DNA of 32,000 nt from Breznakia blatticola (GTDB taxonomy: Bacteria > Bacillota_I > Bacilli_A > Erysipelotrichales > Erysipelotrichaceae): positions 90,001 to 122,000 of the forward strand of contig NZ_SODD01000002.1 in the NCBI RefSeq assembly GCF_004365815.1, read 5' to 3'. Made by a program: the position numbers and the translations under genes. This document shows, piece by piece, positions 25,485 through 32,000 of this stretch. The notes beneath the pieces were generated by a model. The model searched no databases, was not told where the DNA came from, and was given only the letters and a program-made list of their open reading frames with translations. Numbering within the stretch: the first letter of the stretch is position 1; every line of letters starts with the position of its first letter.

Positions 25485-25509
25485 AAACTGTCGTGAGAGC
25501 GGCAGTTTT
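25485..25509 (+). terminator. Probable terminator of the gal operon
   Basis: AAACTGTCG-tgagag-CGGCAGTTT with a short T-run (TTTT). Confidence 0.6.
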
Positions 25510-25530
25510 ACAACTATAAAATGAGTTGCA

Positions 25531-25559
25531 TTGCATTGTTTATGTTCAATACGTATAAT
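25531..25559 (+). promoter_or_regulatory. Candidate sigma-A promoter of the response-regulator/kinase/sensor operon
   Basis: TTGCAT (25531-25536), a 17-nt spacer, then TATAAT (25554-25559). The -35 lies in a TTGCATTGCATTG tandem. Confidence 0.6.
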
Positions 25560-25591
25560 GAAAATGAAATATACAGAGGGGAGTATTATTT

Positions 25592-27208
25592 ATGTATACA
25601 GTTGTTATTGCTGATGATGAATACGAATTACGACAGGCATTAGTTCATACGATTGATTGGAATCGTTTAGGATTCGAAGTTATTGGAGAAGCGGAAAATG
25701 GAGCTGTTGCACTTGAGTTAGTGGAACGTTTGCAACCGGATTTACTCATTACCGATATTCAAATGCCTTTTATTTCTGGAATCGAATTAGCTAGACAGGC
25801 TAGAAATATCCGACCATATATGAATATCGTCTTTATTAGTGGATATGATGATTTTTCGTATGCACAACAAGCGATTCAATATAATATTATTAGTTATTTA
25901 TTAAAGCCTCTCTCTTCTAGTGAAATTGAAATAGAACTTGTAAAGATTCGTGAGAAAATCGATGAACGTTTTGATTTATTGCGTGGTTCAACACAAGAAG
26001 ATCAAAGTGAGAGGATTCAACATTTAAAAATAAATGATTTTTTGATGTCTCATATGTTATATCAAAATCATACATTTACATCTTTAGATGATGAACAGGC
26101 AATCAAACAAGAAGCGATGAATCTAAACTTAACCAATTCCATCAGTATGGAAAACTATTACCAAACAATGGTGTTAACGTTTATGGATGAAGATAAACAA
26201 AATCAAACCCAAGAGAAACATGTCAAATTTACACAAGGAATCTTAGGTAAGTATTTGCTATATGGTTCATTTTATTCAAGAAAAAAGATTGTAGTTGTAG
26301 TTAGTGGAACAACAAAAGAATTGGAGCGAAGTTTACCAATTATTACGACTGAGTTTGTGCAAAGTGCCAAACGTATTTTGAACTTTGATTGTGAAATCGG
26401 AGTAAGTCAGCCATATAACAACTGGTTAGATTTATCCAAGTCATATGATGAAGCCTTATTTGCACTTCGTTTTAGTCAACAAGAAGAACCGATTCAATAT
26501 GCATCCGATATTTCAAAACTAACAAAAAATGATTTTGCCTTTGTTCGTCAAAGTGTGGAAGAATTAGAGCATTTAGTAAAAGTAGGAACACCTGATGCAA
26601 TTAATGATTTTGTAAAGCAAGTATTGATGAAACCAGAACTTATGCAAGAACATAGTTTGGATATGTTTACCTTGCAGATATTTGCAGCACTTAGTAAAGC
26701 TATTACAGCAGTTGCATCAAATGAAGAAACGGAACAATTTCTATCTTATGTATACGGTGGAAATATTAATGGCACAAGCGGACGAAGTGAGCAAATTAAA
26801 GATAAGATTTTAAAAGTCAGTTTAGAAGCACATCGAATTATTATGAATCAAAGAAAAGAAGCAAGTGAGCTTCTTGCACAAAGTGCTCTTGATCTAATTA
26901 AAAATCAGTATCATGATGAAGATATGTCTATTGCAAAAGCAAGTCAGTTGTTGCATGTCAGTGCTAGTTATTTAAGTGCAATTATTAAAAAGAATACGAA
27001 TAGTACATTTGGAACACTACTAACAGAGCGTCGTATGCATAAAGCGAAAGAACTTTTATTATCCACTTCAAATAAAATCATGGAAATTGCGAATGCCTGT
27101 GGATATAGCGATACCCATTACTTTAGTTATTGCGTAAAACGTTATTACGGGGATTCTCCAAATAAATTACGTGAAATGCAAAGGGAAGCAAACCATGAAG
27201 TGGCGTAG
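25592..27208 (+). CDS. Two-component response regulator with AraC-type DNA-binding output (YesN-like)
   Basis: 538 aa. The REC domain has IADDE, phospho-acceptor LITDIQMP and YLLKP. A long linker leads to a C-terminal AraC HTH pair (IAKASQLLHVSASYLSAIIKK; IMEIANACGYSDTHYFSYCVKRYYGDSP). Confidence 0.9.
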   Translation: MYTVVIADDEYELRQALVHTIDWNRLGFEVIGEAENGAVALELVERLQPDLLITDIQMPFISGIELARQARNIRPYMNIVFISGYDDFSYAQQAIQYNIISYLLKPLSSSEIEIELVKIREKIDERFDLLRGSTQEDQSERIQHLKINDFLMSHMLYQNHTFTSLDDEQAIKQEAMNLNLTNSISMENYYQTMVLTFMDEDKQNQTQEKHVKFTQGILGKYLLYGSFYSRKKIVVVVSGTTKELERSLPIITTEFVQSAKRILNFDCEIGVSQPYNNWLDLSKSYDEALFALRFSQQEEPIQYASDISKLTKNDFAFVRQSVEELEHLVKVGTPDAINDFVKQVLMKPELMQEHSLDMFTLQIFAALSKAITAVASNEETEQFLSYVYGGNINGTSGRSEQIKDKILKVSLEAHRIIMNQRKEASELLAQSALDLIKNQYHDEDMSIAKASQLLHVSASYLSAIIKKNTNSTFGTLLTERRMHKAKELLLSTSNKIMEIANACGYSDTHYFSYCVKRYYGDSPNKLREMQREANHEVA

Positions 27209-28937
27209 ACGTAAATGGCAAGGGATTACCTTACAATTGATTATCGCATTTGTGATGATTGCTTTATCTTTGTCCATTATTATCAGTCTATCTGTCTTCT
27301 TCTTAAATGGACATATTGAAAACATTGAAGAAAGCGCATTGCGAAATTCACAACAAGTGGTTTTACAAGCGGCAAATTCGATTGATGATTTAAAAGCACA
27401 AATGGAAACACGTGTAAAAAAGGTAAAGAATGAAGTACAACATATGCAAAGTGTTGAAGAAATTCAAGCATATTTGAATGTATTTACAGATTTAGAAGAT
27501 GATGTGGAAGGTGTCTTTTTGTATGATAGTACAGGAAGTGTACTACTATATGGAAATAATGGACGCAACCTCAAAAGTAATATGGTAGAAAATCTATCCT
27601 TTGATGATGTATTGTTTTTAAATAATCAACATACGATTTCTACAATGCGTCCACACGTAGAAAGTATATTTGAAAATTACTATCCATGGGTTGTTACTAT
27701 GGGGGTTGGTGTTGATACGCAAGTATTAGACGATGCACAGTATTTAGTCATCGACTATAAATTCTCAGGCATCTCAAGTTATGTTGATAATATCGGAATT
27801 GGACAAAGAGGATACTGTTTTGTTATCGACAACAATAACAATATCGTTTATCATCCGAAACAAAGAATGATCAACAGTGGAGTTGTTAAGGAAAATATTT
27901 CTACTATTAGTAAATTAAAAGGAAAAGAAGAAATTGTTGATGGTGCAATATATGTGAAGAAATCAATCGATAATGGGCAGTGGAGTATTGTTGGTGTAAG
28001 TTATGTAAATGAACTTATTGCAGATCAAGTCAAAGAGTTTCAAGTATATGTAGCAGCAATTTCATGTATCTTCATTATTATCTCTATATTATTAAGTATG
28101 TTTGTTGCCACAAAAGTTTCAAAGCCAATTAAACGATTGGTAGGTGCGATGAATGAATTTGAAAATAATGTCGATTCATATGTATACGAACCACAAGGTG
28201 GTGTTTTCGAGATTAAACGTCTTTCATTCTCTTTTTCTAAAATGGTAGTTATTATTCGTAACTTGATCAAAAAGGCAAAAGATGAAGAAATCACATTACG
28301 AAAAACAGAGATGAAAGCCTTGGAATCACAAATCAATCCACACTTTTTATACAATACACTGGATTCCATCCAATGGATGTGTGAGCAAGGAAAAATGGAT
28401 GAAGCGGTTGAAATGGTTGGCGCATTAGCTAAACTATTTAGAATTAGTATTAATAAAGGACGACAACTGATTCCTATTCGTGAGGAGATTGAACACGCAA
28501 TCCATTATCTGACAATTCAAAAATATAGATATCGAGATCAATTTACATATGACTTTGATGTGGATGAACGTGCTCTTAAATACTATACAAATAAGATTAC
28601 GATTCAACCAATCTTAGAAAATGCGATTTATCATGGAATTGATCGCATGATTGATGAAGGACATATTCAAGTCAATGTACGACTAGTGGATCAAATTATT
28701 CATATGGAAATTATTGATAATGGTCTAGGAATGACAGAAGAACAAATTGTTTCCATTTTAAGTAAAGATCAACATGGAAAAAATGGTATTGGTTTAAAGA
28801 ATGTAAATGATCGCATCAAGATTTATTTTGGTGATGCATATGGTGTCAAAGTAGAAAGTGAACTGGATGAAGGAACAAAAGTAACCATTACGTTCCCTGC
28901 AGTTTTAGGAGAGGAGGATGATCTTTTTGAAAATTAA
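27195..28937 (+). CDS. Sensor histidine kinase, YesM/LytS-type (His_kinase PF06580-like plus HATPase)
   Basis: Start moved to ATG 27195, overlapping the regulator gene by 14 nt. Two TM helices flank an extracytoplasmic domain of about 260 aa. A HAMP-like KPIKRLVGAMNEF segment, the phospho-His region QINPHFLYNTLDSI, and ATPase motifs ENAIYHG, DNGLGM and GIGLKNV follow. Confidence 0.9.
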   Translation: MKWRRRKWQGITLQLIIAFVMIALSLSIIISLSVFFLNGHIENIEESALRNSQQVVLQAANSIDDLKAQMETRVKKVKNEVQHMQSVEEIQAYLNVFTDLEDDVEGVFLYDSTGSVLLYGNNGRNLKSNMVENLSFDDVLFLNNQHTISTMRPHVESIFENYYPWVVTMGVGVDTQVLDDAQYLVIDYKFSGISSYVDNIGIGQRGYCFVIDNNNNIVYHPKQRMINSGVVKENISTISKLKGKEEIVDGAIYVKKSIDNGQWSIVGVSYVNELIADQVKEFQVYVAAISCIFIIISILLSMFVATKVSKPIKRLVGAMNEFENNVDSYVYEPQGGVFEIKRLSFSFSKMVVIIRNLIKKAKDEEITLRKTEMKALESQINPHFLYNTLDSIQWMCEQGKMDEAVEMVGALAKLFRISINKGRQLIPIREEIEHAIHYLTIQKYRYRDQFTYDFDVDERALKYYTNKITIQPILENAIYHGIDRMIDEGHIQVNVRLVDQIIHMEIIDNGLGMTEEQIVSILSKDQHGKNGIGLKNVNDRIKIYFGDAYGVKVESELDEGTKVTITFPAVLGEEDDLFEN

Positions 28938-29892
28938 AAAAATATCGATTCTTCTGCTTAGTGTATGTATGATAGTATGCGTATCTAGCTGTGTGAATTC
29001 TACAAGTCATCATCAATACTATATTGCAGTAATTCCAAAGCAAGGACGTTCTAGTTTCTTTCGCGAAGTCGCTAGCGGTGTAAATACAGCAGCAACGGAA
29101 TACAATGTTCGAACAACATTTGAAGGTGCGCAAAATGAGGAAGATTATGATACACAAAATGATTTGATTCGACGAGCAATTAATGCAAAAGCAGATGCTA
29201 TTGTAATTTCTGCAATTGATGAAAATAAATCTAATGAGTTGTTGGAACAAGCGGTCAAAGAAGGCATTATCGTAATAACGATTGATAGTGGTGTAACCTA
29301 TGAAGGAGTTAGCCAACATATTGGGACGGATAATGTGGAAAGTGGACGCATTGCTGCTAGAGAACTGCGCGCAATGGAAAATGGACAATTAAATATTGGG
29401 ATTGTCAATTTTGAGAAACATACAAAGAATGCGATTGAAAGGGAGCGTGGGTTCCTTGAAGAAATAATGAAACATGCGGATGTTCGAATTATTGATTCTG
29501 TAAGTACAGTATCAAATGCTTCAGAAGCTGCTGATGCTACGAAACAGATGATTGCAGATAATCCAACAATAAATGCAGTCGTTGCTTTTAATGAATATAC
29601 ATCACTTGGTGTAGGATATTCGATTCGTGAGTTAAACAATAAGAATTTGATTCATGTTGTTGCATTTGATAATAATGCAGAAAGCATTGGTATGATCGAA
29701 AATGGTGAAATTGATCGATTGATTGTTCAAAACCCATTTGCAATGGGGTATCTTTCAATTGAGTCCGCTGTAAAAGAACTGGAAAAACGAGATTCTATTA
29801 CCCTTGAACAATATACAGAAGTATTGGTTGTGAATCGTAGTAATCTCTATGAATATGAAAATCAAAAATTTGTATTTCCTTTTGAAGACTAA
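28918..29892 (+). CDS. Lipoprotein-type periplasmic sugar-binding protein (type I PBP) without cognate permease; probable sensory partner of the kinase
   Basis: The start overlaps the kinase gene by 20 nt (ATG 28918; alternative TTG 28927). It has a signal peptide with a lipobox-like CVSSC. PBP-1 strands are YIAVIPKQ, ADAIVISAID, IIVITIDSG, INAVVAFNE and HVVAFDNN. A terminator follows directly. Confidence 0.75.
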   Translation: MIFLKIKKISILLLSVCMIVCVSSCVNSTSHHQYYIAVIPKQGRSSFFREVASGVNTAATEYNVRTTFEGAQNEEDYDTQNDLIRRAINAKADAIVISAIDENKSNELLEQAVKEGIIVITIDSGVTYEGVSQHIGTDNVESGRIAARELRAMENGQLNIGIVNFEKHTKNAIERERGFLEEIMKHADVRIIDSVSTVSNASEAADATKQMIADNPTINAVVAFNEYTSLGVGYSIRELNNKNLIHVVAFDNNAESIGMIENGEIDRLIVQNPFAMGYLSIESAVKELEKRDSITLEQYTEVLVVNRSNLYEYENQKFVFPFED

Positions 29893-29893
29893 G

Positions 29894-29920
29894 AAGAGCT
29901 AATGAAAAGCTCTTTTTTTT
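29894..29920 (+). terminator. Rho-independent terminator of the sensor operon
   Basis: AAGAGCT-aatgaaa-AGCTCTT followed by an 8-T run. Confidence 0.85.
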
Positions 29921-29927
29921 GTTTGGG

Positions 29928-29958
29928 TAAAATTCTATTTATACAAAATAGGATTTTA
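29928..29958. promoter_or_regulatory. 31-bp near-perfect palindrome upstream of mglB (candidate activator/operator site)
   Basis: TAAAATTCTATTT-ataca-AAATAGGATTTTA has 13-bp arms with one mismatch. Its centre is about 65 bp upstream of a TATAAT at 30005-30010. Confidence 0.5.
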
Positions 29959-29981
29959 CACTTCTTTCATATGATTTTCTA

Positions 29982-30010
29982 TTTTCGTAGCATAAAAGAA
30001 CACCTATAAT
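29982..30010 (+). promoter_or_regulatory. Candidate activator-dependent promoter of mglB-mglA
   Basis: Perfect TATAAT at 30005-30010. The hexamer 17 nt upstream is only TTTTCG (29982-29987), a weak -35 as expected for an activated promoter. Confidence 0.4.
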
Positions 30011-30194
30011 GAAGACAGTTAAAGCAAGCGCTTACATAGAAGCGCATAAAATGAAGATCACAGCATATCCACGAAATATGACAAAACATATGCTGTATCG
30101 ATACATTTGATAAGTGTAGTGTCTTATCAAAAACTATCTAACTTTAGATAGCAGTTCATTACACTACCAATTACACAGAGGAGGACATAGGTGT

Positions 30195-31295
30195 ATGATT
30201 AAAAAAATGGCTAAAGTACTATTCGTCGCATTAATGGCAGTAAGTTTAGTTGCCTGCGGTGGATCTGATGACAAAGGAGGATCGAGTGGTTCTGCAAATG
30301 TTCATGTATTCTACTATGACTATGGAGATACATATATTTCAACAGTTCGTACAGCTCTAGATAAAGAACTTGATGGAATGGATGTTGATTACACTGACTA
30401 TGATGCAGCTGGTAAACAACAAACACAAACAGAACAAGTACAAACTGCATTATCAAGTGGAGCAACAATGTTAGTGGTAAATATCGTAGAAACTGGATCT
30501 GATGATGCAGCGATGACAATCATCAATGCAGCAAAAGAAAAAGATGTTCCAGTTGTATTCTTCAACCGTGAAGTTTCAAATGAAGTAGTAAATTCATATG
30601 AAAAATGTGCATTCGTTGGTACTGATGCAAAAGAAGCAGGAATTATGCAAGGAGAAATGATTGGTGATGAACTTGTTGCTAACTTTGATAAATATGACTT
30701 AAACAAAGATGGAAAAATCTCTTATGCAATGTTCAAAGGGCAAGAAGGAAATAATGAAGCAATCTACCGTACACAATACGCAGTAGAAGATGCAGACAAA
30801 AAACTAGAAGCAGCTGGAAAAGCAAAATTAGAATACTACGATTCAGCAAACTCTGATAAATACCAAGTAGACCAAGATGGAACATGGTCAGCAAAAGCTG
30901 CACAAGACTACCTTGCTACAGCGTTAGGAAAATACAATGACGGTAATAACAATATGATCGAACTTGTTATTTGTAACAACGACGGAATGGCTGAAGGTGC
31001 TATCTCTGCATTACAAACTGCAGGATACAACAAAAAAGGTGGAGATAAAACAATTCCTGTATATGGAGTTGATGCTACTAAAGCAGCAGTTGATTTAATT
31101 GGACAAGGAATTATGGCTGGAACAATTAAACAAGATGCTGAAGGTATGGCAAAAGTAATTGCATTAGCTGTTAAAAACAATGCAGCTGGTGAAGATACTT
31201 TCAAAGGAATCGATGATTCTGGAGTTGAAGGTGTAAAAGTTGATGATGGTGTTGCAAAAGCACGTATTCCATACCAAATTTACACAGGTGAATAA
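30195..31295 (+). CDS. mglB: ABC transporter galactose/glucose (methyl-galactoside)-binding lipoprotein
   Basis: 366 aa with a lipoprotein signal (LMAVSLVACGG). It is colinear with E. coli MglB as recalled (YYDYGDTYISTVR vs YKYDDNFMSVVR; VPVVFFNREV; DSYEKCAFVGTD; the Ca-loop DLNKDGKISY vs DLNKDGQIQF; NNDGMAEGAISAL; VYGVDA). Confidence 0.88.
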   Translation: MIKKMAKVLFVALMAVSLVACGGSDDKGGSSGSANVHVFYYDYGDTYISTVRTALDKELDGMDVDYTDYDAAGKQQTQTEQVQTALSSGATMLVVNIVETGSDDAAMTIINAAKEKDVPVVFFNREVSNEVVNSYEKCAFVGTDAKEAGIMQGEMIGDELVANFDKYDLNKDGKISYAMFKGQEGNNEAIYRTQYAVEDADKKLEAAGKAKLEYYDSANSDKYQVDQDGTWSAKAAQDYLATALGKYNDGNNNMIELVICNNDGMAEGAISALQTAGYNKKGGDKTIPVYGVDATKAAVDLIGQGIMAGTIKQDAEGMAKVIALAVKNNAAGEDTFKGIDDSGVEGVKVDDGVAKARIPYQIYTGE

Positions 31296-31365
31296 GCCAA
31301 AAGCAAGTAATACATACATTGTGAGGGCGTCATTGATGTCCTCAAATTGTAGATAGGAGATTATA

Positions 31366-32000
31366 ATGAATGACATAATTTTAGAAATGAAAAATATTAA
31401 TAAAGAGTTTCCTGGGGTGAAGGCTCTTGATAATGTCTCATTTTCAGTAAAAAAAGGAAGCGTTCATGCACTAATGGGGGAAAACGGAGCTGGAAAATCA
31501 ACATTGATGAAATGTTTATTTGGGATTTACTCAAAAGATTCAGGACAAGTAATCTTAGATGGACAAGAAGTTGCATTTAAGGATTCAAAGCATGCTCTTG
31601 AAGCAGGAGTAGCCATGGTGCATCAGGAACTGAATCAAGCATTGAAACAAAATGTAATGGATAATATTTGGCTAGGACGTTACCCAAAAGTTGGTAAAGT
31701 ATTTACATCAGAAAAAAAGATGTATAAAGATACAAAAGCGATTTTTGAAAAGATGGGTGTAGAAGTAGATCCAAAGCGCATTATGAGTACTATGTCTGTA
31801 TCACAACGACAAATGGTTGAAATTGCCAAAGCAGTATCTTACAATTCGAAAATTATTGTGTTTGATGAACCTACATCTTCCTTAACTGATAAAGAAGTAG
31901 AACATTTATTTAGAATTATTAATATGTTACGTGACCAAGGTGTTGGTATCGTGTACATTTCGCACAAGATGGACGAAATACTGAAAATTTCAGATGAAGT
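31366..32000 (+). CDS. mglA: Sugar ABC transporter ATP-binding protein (MglA-type, duplicated ATPase); 3' end cut by the window edge
   Basis: Not in the ORF track because no stop is reached. ATG 31366 is preceded by TAGGAGA. Translation gives [53 protein letters not shown]..., with Walker [10 protein letters not shown], the Q-loop VHQE, a signature-like [12 protein letters not shown] and Walker [12 protein letters not shown]. Confidence 0.88.
   Translation, partial: MNDIILEMKNINKEFPGVKALDNVSFSVKKGSVHALMGENGAGKSTLMKCLFGIYSKDSGQVILDGQEVAFKDSKHALEAGVAMVHQELNQALKQNVMDNIWLGRYPKVGKVFTSEKKMYKDTKAIFEKMGVEVDPKRIMSTMSVSQRQMVEIAKAVSYNSKIIVFDEPTSSLTDKEVEHLFRIINMLRDQGVGIVYISHKMDEILKISDE

Noticed and set aside
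28888-29388. 166-aa minus-strand ORF across the kinase/SBP junction
   Set aside because: It is antisense to the sugar-binding protein gene, is Cys/Ile/Phe-rich, and has no RBS or recognisable motif. The plus-strand gene has clear PBP-1 motifs.
30051-30110. 19-codon upstream ORF in the mglB leader
   Set aside because: It has no convincing Shine-Dalgarno sequence (only GAAG, about 13 nt upstream). It is mentioned within the leader finding but not called as a gene.
1-32000. Defence systems, CRISPR arrays, toxin-antitoxin pairs, tRNA/rRNA genes, IS elements
   Set aside because: I read all intergenic regions and ORF products and saw no repeat-spacer arrays, no nuclease/helicase/methylase-type proteins, no small adjacent gene pairs and no transposase motifs. 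All large ORFs are accounted for by transport, metabolism or regulation.

Overview
AT-rich, low-GC Gram-positive (Bacillota-type) chromosomal segment; RBS usage, PTS genes and anaerobic nrdDG suggest a gut or anaerobic Firmicute, but the taxon cannot be fixed from sequence alone. I support 26 protein-coding genes and see no tRNA, rRNA, CRISPR, transposase, integrase or recognisable defence genes. The left third (1-12 kb) is mixed housekeeping and transport: the end of a membrane permease, a fused MacB-like ABC ATPase/FtsX permease, an nrdD-nrdG-dut operon, an orphan PTS EIIA(Lac/Cel), a FucO-like lactaldehyde reductase, a lone DUF5131 (Gp37/Gp68-like, three-Cys) protein, an EamA exporter and a MATE exporter. 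The right two thirds (12-32 kb) form one large galactan/galactose utilisation region with three regulatory layers. (i) A divergent DeoR lacR, then lacF-lacE-lacG, a HAD hydrolase and a secreted GH53 endo-beta-1,4-galactanase. (ii) galR (LacI family) followed by galK-galE-galT-galM. (iii) An AraC-type response regulator, a YesM/LytS-type histidine kinase and a lipoprotein sugar-binding sensor, sitting directly upstream of mglB-mglA. I found no convincing wholly new system. The most unusual points are the coupling of an extracellular galactanase to a PTS/6-P-beta-galactosidase route with Leloir genes but no tagatose-6-P genes in view, a HAD enzyme with a DxN motif I translationally coupled to lacG, the three-component sugar sensor with a 31-bp palindrome and a four-hairpin leader in front of mglB, and several strong palindromes in intergenic DNA. 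All family calls come from motif recognition by eye; no database search was run.
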